From positions 1 through 64,000 of IMG/VR virus record IMGVR_UViG_3300014208_000024: 64,000 nucleotides of DNA; one strand, 5' to 3'. The first letter of the stretch is position 1; each line of letters opens with the position of its first letter. The notes under the pieces were generated by a model. The model did not search any database and was not told where the DNA came from. It saw only the letters and a list, made by a program, of their open reading frames with translations. A program made the position numbers and the translations under genes. Below are positions 45,409-52,909 of this stretch, piece after piece. This DNA comes from a virus. Taxonomy: Duplodnaviria > Caudoviricetes.

Positions 45409-46311
45409 TTATCTTATAATATTTAATTCCTTTTCAGTCCATACCTCAAATGGTATGTTATTTTTTTTACAATATTTTTTAACAGCTTTAATTTTTTCTT
45501 TATTATTCCATCTATTTAACAATCTTTTTGGCTTAACTTCAACTATTTTTTTTAGTTCTTCTTTGTAAAAAATTTCAAAATCTATAATTGTACTTCTTTT
45601 TCCATTCCTATATTTTATATTGTATGGCTCGTAATTATAATAAAGAACATTATCATCTTTTTCTAATATTTCCATAGCTATTAACTCATAAGAACTTCTG
45701 TATTTTATTTCTTTTTTATTTTTATTACTATAATAAATTCCACCTTTATATTTTTTATGTGATGGAGAAATCCCAAACATTCCATTGCTTTTTCCGCTAT
45801 TTTTTCCTTTTATAGAATTTGATATTTTCTTTTTCACATCCTCGCTTTGTGATGCACATTTTTTAGAACAATAAATGTTTTCATGCTTATTAACTTCTTT
45901 TCCACAAAATTTACATCTTGGTTTTTCTTTTATATTTTTTTTCTTACCTGCTTCAATACGCTCTATTAAAAATCCAAACGCACCATTTTCTCTAATGCGT
46001 TTTTTTATAGAATCTCCTATGTTTTTTTTCGTTTTTTCTGATTGAATTCTTTTGTTTGCACAACTTCTAGAACAAAACATAGAATATTTTTTTTTCTCAA
46101 AATCTGTTTTTTTTAAAATAATCTCATATTTTTTTCCACATCTCAAACATCCAAACTCATACTCTAATCTTTCTATTTTTCTACTATTAGATGCTTTTTG
46201 TATCATGTTTTTTTTGTTTGGGTTTTTTTTACAATTAATTATATGACCACCAAGTTGTTGTTGCTTGTCATATTTTATTAATTGTCCACAATATTTACAT
46301 TTTTTTTCCAT
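45409..46311 (-). CDS. Zinc-finger/NUMOD plus TnsA-like homing endonuclease
   Basis: KYRSSYE...IIDFEI...VEVKP. Confidence 0.8.
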   Translation of the reverse strand: MEKKCKYCGQLIKYDKQQQLGGHIINCKKNPNKKNMIQKASNSRKIERLEYEFGCLRCGKKYEIILKKTDFEKKKYSMFCSRSCANKRIQSEKTKKNIGDSIKKRIRENGAFGFLIERIEAGKKKNIKEKPRCKFCGKEVNKHENIYCSKKCASQSEDVKKKISNSIKGKNSGKSNGMFGISPSHKKYKGGIYYSNKNKKEIKYRSSYELIAMEILEKDDNVLYYNYEPYNIKYRNGKRSTIIDFEIFYKEELKKIVEVKPKRLLNRWNNKEKIKAVKKYCKKNNIPFEVWTEKELNIIR

Positions 46312-46365
46312 TTTTTTGTATTTATTTTACTATAAATATCAGCAAAAAATAAAAATTGAACTCTG

Positions 46366-46437
46366 AGCGGTATACTGGATTTAAACCAGCGACCTTCACA
46401 TTGGCAATGTGACATTCTATCACTGAACTAATACCGC
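46366..46437 (-). tRNA. tRNA-Gly(GCC)
   Basis: GCGGTAT/ATACCGC, U73, TCACA-TTGCCAA-TGTGA. Confidence 0.83.
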
Positions 46438-46440
46438 ATA

Positions 46441-46607
46441 AAATTAGGGAAATTTCGAACTAAGCATTTTTCTTTTTCTGCCCCATTTAACCACTCTGGA
46501 ACCCCCCCGAATTACTCCTTATTTGTCGAGGGGGATGGATTCGAACCACCGAAGGCTTACGCCAGCAGATTCCTTATCGAAGTAACTTAATTTGTTACCA
46601 CTAATTT
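46441..46607 (-). tRNA. Cassette E: circularly permuted type II (Tyr-like body) tRNA with AGG anticodon
   Basis: 3' half 46526-46578, 5' half 46479-46509; join GCA|GA restores GCAGA/TCTGC; loop TAAGGAA; 16-nt linker. Confidence 0.78.
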
Positions 46608-47387
46608 ATATTTTTTATTCCAATTTTCTATTTTGTTTTTTAAATCATCTAATGAAATAGAACATTTTTTATTTTTACTTGAATTATTTGAATGAACCAT
46701 TAATTTGCAATTTGCTGGATGAGAAATAATATTTGAATCAATTTTTTGTTTAAAACCTTCCGAAATTGAAAACATGTGATCTCTACTAATTCCATTTAAG
46801 TTATTCCCTTTATTCTTTGCACAATACCATCCAAATTTTTTAATCAACTCAAAGTCAAATTCTTCTACGAAATCTTTTAGATTAAAATTAAATCGACACT
46901 CTGATTTATATATATTAAATTCAGTCATCTTTTTTTTATCAAAAATTTTTCTACAATTTATCCCACAAAATTTATTTTTTCTTTTTTTAAATGGCAAAAT
47001 AGCATTACACTCTAAACAAAAATTTGGATTTTCATAATATTTGTCAATACCATTTTTTTTAATATTAGCATTTTTAATGTTTTCTTTTGCTTTGTCACTA
47101 AAAACAACTTTTCTGCCAGTATTTTTCTTATTGTTAAATGATGTAGAACAACTTAAAGAACAAAAAGTATTAAACCTTTTTTCGTATGAAATTAAATTAC
47201 CACAATGTTTACATTTTTTAATATCAATTTTAGGTTTATGAAATTCATTATAACAAGTTAAGGAACAAAAATGTTTTCTTCCCATTTTTTCACTTCTTTT
47301 AAATTCTGTTTTTGTTTTTTCAAACTCATTTTTACAATTTTCGCAAATTATTAAAATTGTTTTTCTATTATTCTTAAAAATTTTCAT
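46587..47387 (-). CDS. Zinc-finger plus HNH-like homing endonuclease
   Basis: FCSLxC repeats; GISRDHMFSI...HPANC; start re-chosen at MKIFKNN. Confidence 0.78.
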   Translation of the reverse strand: MKIFKNNRKTILIICENCKNEFEKTKTEFKRSEKMGRKHFCSLTCYNEFHKPKIDIKKCKHCGNLISYEKRFNTFCSLSCSTSFNNKKNTGRKVVFSDKAKENIKNANIKKNGIDKYYENPNFCLECNAILPFKKRKNKFCGINCRKIFDKKKMTEFNIYKSECRFNFNLKDFVEEFDFELIKKFGWYCAKNKGNNLNGISRDHMFSISEGFKQKIDSNIISHPANCKLMVHSNNSSKNKKCSISLDDLKNKIENWNKKYKLVVTN

Positions 47388-47459
47388 ACTTTTATTTTTC
47401 TTATAAATATTAAAAAAAAATAAAAGTGGAGTTTTTTTGAGTCGAACTTGTATGCTTAG

Positions 47460-47533
47460 TGGAAGTGAAGGGTTTCGAACCCTCATACCTTATGCTTGCA
47501 AAGCATCTGCTCAGCCAATTGAGCTACACCCCC
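47460..47533 (-). tRNA. tRNA-Ala(TGC)
   Basis: GGGGGTG/CACTTCC with G3:U70; loop TTTGCAA. Confidence 0.9.
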
Positions 47534-47615
47534 AGATTTCCTATTAACTCTTCCATTCACCCTAAAGTGGGTGGGTTTACAGAACTTCGGAAAGACTTTC
47601 GTCTTGTTCAATTAG

Positions 47616-47689
<74 letters not shown>

Positions 47690-47691
47690 AA

Positions 47692-47770
47692 ATGATAGTC
47701 TTTCCCATCTGTCACCCTTAGATGTGATTATTAAAAATAATCAGTGTATTGCGGGTTGTCTACACCATCC
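47692..47770 (-). ncRNA. Candidate pseudoknotted small RNA
   Basis: GATGGT/ACTATC, TGATTATT/AATAATCA, CATCT-AAGGGTGAC-AGATG whose loop GGGT can pair with upstream ACCC. Confidence 0.4.
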
Positions 47771-47778
47771 TTTTTCAA

Positions 47779-47929
47779 AAAACAGGGAAAATTTATAAGA
47801 GTTTGTTTTACGTGCTCTAACCGACTGAGCTATCCCGCCATTTTCCTTTTATTTGTGGCGGGAGCAGGATTCGAACCTACGGCGACGGCATTATGATTGC
47901 GAAGTAACTCTCATTGTTGCCACTGTTTT
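47779..47929 (-). tRNA. Cassette G: circularly permuted tRNA-Met(CAT)
   Basis: 3' half 47856-47900, 5' half 47811-47839; join CG|GCA; GGCGGGA/TCCCGCC; 16-nt linker. Confidence 0.87.
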
Positions 47930-47944
47930 ATCTTAAATATGTTA

Positions 47945-48098
47945 AAAATTAGGGAATTCTTCGCAGAATCTGTTTTTAAGCGCTCTAACCAACTGAGCTA
48001 TCCCCGCATTATTTTTTATTTAGAGCGGGGAACAGGATTCGAACCTATGGCCTCTGTCTTGGAAGGACGATGAAATTCTACATTTTGCCACTAATTTT
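47945..48098 (-). tRNA. Cassette F: circularly permuted tRNA-Gly(TCC)
   Basis: 3' half 48024-48068, 5' half 47979-48007; join CT|GTC restores CTGTC/GACAG; U73; 16-nt linker. Confidence 0.88.
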
Positions 48099-48102
48099 AT
48101 TG

Positions 48103-48177
48103 TCGGGGTAACTGGATTTGAACCAGCGAACACTTGCATCCCATGCAAGCCCATATAGCCATCTGTGGAACACCCCG
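48103..48177 (-). tRNA. tRNA-Pro(GGG)
   Basis: CGGGGTG/TACCCCG, CTTGC-ATGGGAT-GCAAG. Confidence 0.82.
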
Positions 48178-48245
48178 TAAGGTGCGGAATTTAAAGTCGT
48201 GGAGTCACAATGCTCAACGGCACAAACCTTCCGCTGTTTGTTTTG

Positions 48246-48320
48246 TCTGGGTAAAGGGATTCGAACCCCCGAACACGTGCTTCCAAAGCACGCCCGTATA
48301 GCCATCTGCGGAACACCCAG
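48246..48320 (-). tRNA. tRNA-Pro(TGG)
   Basis: CTGGGTG/TACCCAG, CGTGC-TTTGGAA-GCACG. Confidence 0.87.
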
Positions 48321-48426
48321 AAATAAAAGAGAGAACATCTTATGAGATGCTGTCCTAACCATCACCGTTCACGTTTCAGGTCAGTAACTCAAGTCTTGTG
48401 AACCTCCCAAGACCCTTTTCTTTTTG

Positions 48427-48501
48427 TCGGGTAAGCAGGATTCGAACCTGCGAACATCTGTCTCCGAAACAGACCCATATAGCCATCTGTGGAACTACCC
48501 G
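48427..48501 (-). tRNA. tRNA-Pro(CGG)
   Basis: CGGGTAG/TTACCCG, TCTGT-TTCGGAG-ACAGA. Confidence 0.87.
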
Positions 48502-48521
48502 AATTTTAATTTCATTTTCAC

Positions 48522-48610
48522 TGGTAGCGGGTGAGGGACTCGAACCCCCGCTTCCCTTTTGGAGAAGTCCAGCTTATGAGACTGGCAAGATACCACTTCT
48601 CTAACCCGCA
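48522..48610 (-). tRNA. tRNA-Met(CAT) with 1:72 mismatch, long V arm and encoded CCA
   Basis: TGCGGGT/ACCCGCT, CCAGT-CTCATAA-GCTGG. Confidence 0.8.
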
Positions 48611-48617
48611 ATATTTG

Positions 48618-48699
48618 TCGAAAGGGAGGGAGTTGAACCCCCATAGCCGAAGGCGACGGTTTTACAGACCGCTGATTTAGCCGATTTACCATCCTTTCG
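48618..48699 (-). tRNA. tRNA-Tyr(GTA)
   Basis: CGAAAGG/CCTTTCG, GCGGT-CTGTAAA-ACCGT, long V arm. Confidence 0.88.
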
Positions 48700-48703
48700 A
48701 AAA

Positions 48704-48799
48704 CTTTGGCTCATGGGTCAGTTACTATCCCATTTTTATTTAACGCTATTCCAAGGCGACTAACTTGTGTCCAACAACGCATCCACTATGCAGCCAAAG
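48704..48799 (-). ncRNA. Candidate structured RNA
   Basis: CTTTGGCT/AGCCAAAG closure, GCAT-AGTGG-ATGC, ATGGG/CCCAT hairpin whose loop TAACT can pair with AGTTA. Confidence 0.42.
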
Positions 48800-48817
48800 G
48801 GAGATTTTTAAAATTTG

Positions 48818-48902
48818 TGAGAGTAGAAGGATTCGAACCTCCAACGCCCCGAAGGGCAACAGGGTTACAGCCTGTCAGACATCCTGGTTGTCTAATACTC
48901 CC
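48818..48902 (-). tRNA. tRNA-Tyr(GTA)
   Basis: GGGAGTA/TACTCTC, ACAGG-CTGTAAC-CCTGT. Confidence 0.88.
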
Positions 48903-48906
48903 ATTT

Positions 48907-49058
48907 AAATCAGGGTAAAAGCGAATAAGCTTTTTTGTTTTTGAATTTTTCCCCATAGTTTAAAATTTAATTGGTGGGGAAAGCAGGATTCGAACCTACA
49001 ATGTTTAGTTTTACAGACTATTTTCTTCCGAAGTAACTCATTCTGTTGCCACTGATTT
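48907..49058 (-). tRNA. Cassette H: circularly permuted tRNA-Tyr(GTA)-like RNA with minimal D-arm
   Basis: 3' part 48972-49029 with encoded CCA, 5' part 48943-48954; GGGGAAA/TTTCCCC; flanks AAATCAG/CTGATTT and GAATGAGT/GCTTATTC. Confidence 0.78.
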
Positions 49059-49059
49059 G

Positions 49060-49131
49060 TGGAGGATAACGATACCGATTCGTTGGTCTGTTGCTTGCAA
49101 AACAACCGCTTTACCATTAAGCTAAGCCCCC
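49060..49131 (-). tRNA. tRNA-Ala(TGC) with non-canonical T-loop
   Basis: GGGGGCT/ATCCTCC (G3:U70), loop TTTGCAA, T-arm AACGA-ATCGGTA-TCGTT. Confidence 0.72.
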
Positions 49132-49811
49132 AATTTATAATAAGAGAAAATGTGATTTTTATGAGATTTATTAACACCTCTACAAACCTTAGAAACACAA
49201 TTCCAATCAAACCCATCTTCTATAACTTGCCTTCCAAAATTATAAATTTTTATCAAATTATTTTCTAAATTATAACAAAAAACTTTTTTACAATTCTTAC
49301 TATTTATTCCACTATTTTTTTCTTTTGTTTTTTCACTCCATTTTAATCCAACTCTTTTAGCAGACATTTTTTCTTTACTTTCTTTAGAATGATTTTTTCC
49401 ATAAAATCCATTTTTATCTCCAAGACAACTTGTTTTTCTTGTTTTTGACATCTTTATTTTTGATTCTTCCGAGTGTTTGAAAATTCCTTTTTTACCTTTG
49501 TTCCAAGGAACAACACTGAATGAACCATCTCCACCATTTGTCATATTTGTAAGCTCAAACCCCCAAGTTTTAATTTGAGAAATCCAATATTTTTCCCAAA
49601 AATCACAACTTAACTCATCAGTTTCTTCTATGATAAAAAGTTCTGGTAACAATCCATTTTTTTTTAATTTTTTAACCCAAGCAGTTTTTTTTGTATTTTT
49701 ACTTTCATTTAAATGGTCTCTAAATCTTCTTTCTACCCTATATGTTTTTCCAACATATTTTATACTTTTATTTCTTGGGTCAGAAAGTAAATAAATATAA
49801 ACTTTTTTCAT
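49122..49811 (-). CDS. GIY-YIG homing endonuclease with NUMOD3/NUMOD1 repeats
   Basis: VYIYLL...KYVGKT...RFRDH; HSEESKIKMS repeats. Confidence 0.9.
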   Translation of the reverse strand: MKKVYIYLLSDPRNKSIKYVGKTYRVERRFRDHLNESKNTKKTAWVKKLKKNGLLPELFIIEETDELSCDFWEKYWISQIKTWGFELTNMTNGGDGSFSVVPWNKGKKGIFKHSEESKIKMSKTRKTSCLGDKNGFYGKNHSKESKEKMSAKRVGLKWSEKTKEKNSGINSKNCKKVFCYNLENNLIKIYNFGRQVIEDGFDWNCVSKVCRGVNKSHKNHIFSYYKLGA

Positions 49812-49846
49812 ACTTTTTTATTATAAATATAATAAAAAAAAATGAA

Positions 49847-50206
49847 TTATGGATTAATTAATGGATTTATTTTTTGTTTTGTTAATTTATATACCCTATT
49901 ATTAAAATCTTCTAATAAAGATTTGGGTATTTTTATTTTTTTATCTTCAAATTGTTTAAGTATTTCATACTTAGAAAAACACCCTTCAACAATACCCTCT
50001 GACCACATATTAATATGCAACCCCCAAGATTTTTTTCCCATAATTACAGTTTTCAAAATGTTTGGGTGACAACTTTTAAGATTATTAATTTTTATTTCAC
50101 CATTTTCAAATTTTCTGAATCCAAATTTTCCATCATCAGAATCCAGATCAAATTCCACTTTAACATCTGAACCGCAGAAAGTAAGTATTCCACATCTATA
50201 AGACAT
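49847..50206 (-). CDS. Hypothetical protein
   Basis: ORF. Confidence 0.65.
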   Translation of the reverse strand: MSYRCGILTFCGSDVKVEFDLDSDDGKFGFRKFENGEIKINNLKSCHPNILKTVIMGKKSWGLHINMWSEGIVEGCFSKYEILKQFEDKKIKIPKSLLEDFNNRVYKLTKQKINPLINP

Positions 50207-50437
50207 TAAAAAAAACGTGAAGATTTCGTTAAACTTTTCAGAATACTTTTGTAATCTTTTATGATTTCTTGTACCAGAGATTTGTTTTTTTTCTTCAATT
50301 TTTCTTAACCTCTCTTTAATTGATTCGCTTTTCGCATGGCTGTTCCCTCCAAAGTTTTAATTATTAATATGATAAAGTTGATTTTGCTCAATATCATTGT
50401 TAGCTTTATCGTTCAAAAACTATGATATTATATTGTA

Positions 50438-50508
50438 AATCAGGGAATAGTTACCGAGGGAGTTTTTTGATTTGCAGTCGAAGTATCCCTACTGATTGCC
50501 ACTGACTT
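50438..50508 (-). ncRNA. Cassette I: minimal cassette whose cargo is only a Cys anticodon stem-loop
   Basis: AGTCAG/CTGATT, AGGGA/TCCCT, TGGCAA, TACTTC^G, cargo GA-CTGCAAA-TC, TATTCC. Confidence 0.72.
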
Positions 50509-50510
50509 TG

Positions 50511-50583
50511 AGCGGGTAAAGAGGTTCAAACTCTCGACTTTCAGATTGGAAATCTGACGCTCTATCAGCTGAGCTATACCCGC
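50511..50583 (-). tRNA. tRNA-Gly(TCC)
   Basis: GCGGGTA/TACCCGC, U73, TCAGA-TTTCCAA-TCTGA. Confidence 0.83.
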
Positions 50584-50688
50584 ATTATTTTAGTTTATAA
50601 AAAATAATATAATTTAAATTTTTTTTCACAATTTGTTAAAGAAAATAGATTTTCTAAAATTTTGTGATATTTATATGAAAAATATTAT

Positions 50689-51369
50689 ATGACACCACTT
50701 TATACACAAGAAGAATTTGACAACGCTAAAGGTTGCGACAAATTGCCATGTAAATGTAAATATTGTAAAGAAACATTCTTTAGATATAAGTATATAATTA
50801 AAGCAGCATTAAACCCAAAAAACAAGCAAACTAATGATTATTGTTCAAGAAATTGTCAATATCAATCTCAGTTTAAGCATGAAACTATAAGATGTGACAA
50901 TTGCAATATTGAAATTAAAAAATTAATTTCTACTACAAAAAGACATAAAAATCATTTTTGTTCGCACTCATGTTCTACTAAATATTTTAACGCTCACAAA
51001 ACAACTGGAATTAGACGATCTAAATTAGAAATATGGCTTGAATCACAACTCACTTTTCTTTATCCAAGTCTTGAAATTCATTATAATAAAAAGGATGCCA
51101 TTGGATCAGAATTAGATATATATGTACCCTCTTTAAAAATTGCATTCGAATTAAATGGAATATTCCATTATGAGCCAATTTATGGTAATAATAAATTAGA
51201 TCAAATAAAAAATAATGATTCAAGAAAATATAAATCTTGTATTGATTTAAACATATCTTTGTGTATAATAGATTCATCTCAATTAAAATATTTTAAAGAG
51301 AAAAATTGTAAAAAATATTTAGATATTATTATTAATATTATAAACAACACAATGAATACTGGACAATAA
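50689..51369 (+). CDS. Zinc-finger plus PD-(D/E)XK/Vsr-like homing endonuclease
   Basis: ELDIYVPSLKIAFELNGIFHY. Confidence 0.8.
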   Translation: MTPLYTQEEFDNAKGCDKLPCKCKYCKETFFRYKYIIKAALNPKNKQTNDYCSRNCQYQSQFKHETIRCDNCNIEIKKLISTTKRHKNHFCSHSCSTKYFNAHKTTGIRRSKLEIWLESQLTFLYPSLEIHYNKKDAIGSELDIYVPSLKIAFELNGIFHYEPIYGNNKLDQIKNNDSRKYKSCIDLNISLCIIDSSQLKYFKEKNCKKYLDIIINIINNTMNTGQ

Positions 51370-51426
51370 TAACCAGCATTCATTATGTGTTTTAAATTCA
51401 CCAACATGTCAAAGACCATTATACTG

Positions 51427-51498
51427 CGGAATGTGTGGGATTCGAACCCCTCCTTCGCCGTGACGGGGCGATACTACTACCATTATACGACACACTCC
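51427..51498 (-). tRNA. tRNA-Asp(GTC), weak T-stem
   Basis: GGAGTGT/ACATTCC, G73, TCGCC-CCGTCAC-GGCGA. Confidence 0.75.
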
Positions 51499-51530
51499 AA
51501 TTTTCATTTATTTATAAAGAACGTATTAAA

Positions 51531-51569
51531 ACAAAAAACCCGAATCTTTTTTTGGGATTCGGGTTGTTT
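51531..51569 (-). terminator. Attenuator terminator of the Asp/Gly/Ala/Tyr/Met/Pro tRNA array
   Basis: CCCGAATC-CCAAAAAAA-GATTCGGG-TTTTTT; leader GGGACGGGTATGTTT can pair with AAACAACCCGAATCCC. Confidence 0.8.
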
Positions 51570-51599
51570 GTTCACCTTTTAAGTTTTATAAAAACTTCA

Positions 51600-51713
51600 T
51601 TAAGGTTTTGAGTTAAACATACCCGTCCCACATCCATAATCAGCATCCGCTGCACATGGATAACCGCCCATTGGGGAAGTTTCTGGTTGACGATATGTAA
51701 AATTTTGTTTCAC
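51600..51713 (-). CDS. Leader peptide (GTG start) MKQNFTYRQPETSPMGGYPCAADADYGCGTGMFNSKP
   Basis: 4 Pro, 5 Gly, 3 Ala, 3 Tyr, 2 Asp, 2 internal Met, 2 Cys. Confidence 0.8.
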   Translation of the reverse strand: MKQNFTYRQPETSPMGGYPCAADADYGCGTGMFNSKP

Positions 51714-51769
51714 CTTTATTATGTTTTTATATTATTAAATATCTCAAAAAAAATTGTTTTCACAGATTC

Positions 51770-51796
51770 ATACGCAAAGTTACAAAAAAAGTTACA
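51770..51796 (-). promoter_or_regulatory. TGTAAC-N16-CGTAT promoter with overlapping TAACTTTG
   Basis: Recurring motif. Confidence 0.7.
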
Positions 51797-51862
51797 TAAA
51801 AAACAAGTTTTTTTCAAAGTTTTTTTAAAATATTTTACAACTTGTTGATTATTAAACTATTA

Positions 51863-52321
51863 TTATTTTGCTTTATCATCTAATTTTTGAAACATTCTTA
51901 AATCTTTTTGAAAAGAAACTGGAAAAGAGTTGTGTTTTTGAATCATTTGATCTATTTTTTCCTGGGTAATTGGATCTCCATTTGATGAATTGATTCCTTT
52001 TTTAAGCTTTATTGCATCTTTTTCCATTCTTCTTCTTATATAATGATATCTAACCAGGTTTTTTGTATAATCAGATATAAATGGCCAGTTTTTAATTATT
52101 TGATAAGACTTTTCTTCGTGATTTGTAAAGGAATAATTATATCCATCTTTTTTTAATGTAGCAACAAATGGTTTTCCTATATCATGAAGCAGCGCTGCAG
52201 TAGCAAATCTTTTTTTAGAAGAAAATAGTGAATACCAAAAAACTATTAATGTATGTACCAGCACAGAATGTTTGTGATGTTTATTTTGTCTTAAAAATAA
52301 TGTGATAATAAAATGTTTCAC
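51863..52321 (-). CDS. HD-domain protein
   Basis: HHKHSVLVHT...LLHDIGKP...HEEKS. Confidence 0.82.
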   Translation of the reverse strand: MKHFIITLFLRQNKHHKHSVLVHTLIVFWYSLFSSKKRFATAALLHDIGKPFVATLKKDGYNYSFTNHEEKSYQIIKNWPFISDYTKNLVRYHYIRRRMEKDAIKLKKGINSSNGDPITQEKIDQMIQKHNSFPVSFQKDLRMFQKLDDKAK

Positions 52322-52851
52322 TATGAAAGTTGTTTCAATATTTTATCTACTATAACTTTTGTATTTTCTGGCACTCCGAGTATTTCTTCGTATACAATAT
52401 TATAAGAATCAAGCATGTCTTTAATTTCTTTATCTAAAGATTTGGCACCTTCTTCTGTTTGAAGTCTTCCCTTTGTATGATATGGTTTGGCTCTTTTTAT
52501 GAAAAAATTCATATTTTCATATTTGTGATGTTCATTAATAATGACTGTTCTGAAATGTTCATCATTTTTCACATCATATATAATAGAATTTAGCAAAGGG
52601 GAGTCGGTCACAATAACATCAACTTTTCCTTTTAACCTAAACATTCTGTGTTGTTGTTTTCCAAAAACATACAATTGGTTTTCTAAGACGTTGTTTGAAC
52701 CTTCCCAAACTCTGTCTTTAGCATATTCCAAAGCCATTTCACATTCAACACCTTCCCATTTTAATTGTGCAAATATACTAGCACAAAAAGTACTTTTACC
52801 AGCTCCAGGGCCAGCAAACAAATTGATTACGATAGTTTTTTTAGTTTCCAT
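52321..52851 (-). CDS. P-loop NTPase (NadR/AAA_28-like)
   Basis: NLFAGPGAGKST, IVTDSPL. Confidence 0.82.
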   Translation of the reverse strand: METKKTIVINLFAGPGAGKSTFCASIFAQLKWEGVECEMALEYAKDRVWEGSNNVLENQLYVFGKQQHRMFRLKGKVDVIVTDSPLLNSIIYDVKNDEHFRTVIINEHHKYENMNFFIKRAKPYHTKGRLQTEEGAKSLDKEIKDMLDSYNIVYEEILGVPENTKVIVDKILKQLS

Positions 52852-52909
52852 ATTTTAAATTTAATAGTTTCAAAAAATAAAAAAGGGGAAAAATTTTCCA
52901 CATTTTTTT

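Noticed and set aside
47692-47770. Hammerhead ribozyme (also considered at 33761-33863 and 48330-48418)
   Set aside because: The core is CTGATTA, CTGATGT or CTGACCT, not CTGANGA, and the GAAA/NUH geometry does not fit.
47779-48098. Reading the cassette flanks as a conventional intron between neighbouring tRNA halves
   Set aside because: The upstream 5' half (GCGGGGA) does not pair with the downstream 3' half (TCCCGCC); acceptor, anticodon and flank stems all pair within each cassette.
50213-50360. Short basic reading frame resembling an endonuclease tail
   Set aside because: No start codon in frame; probably a decayed remnant.
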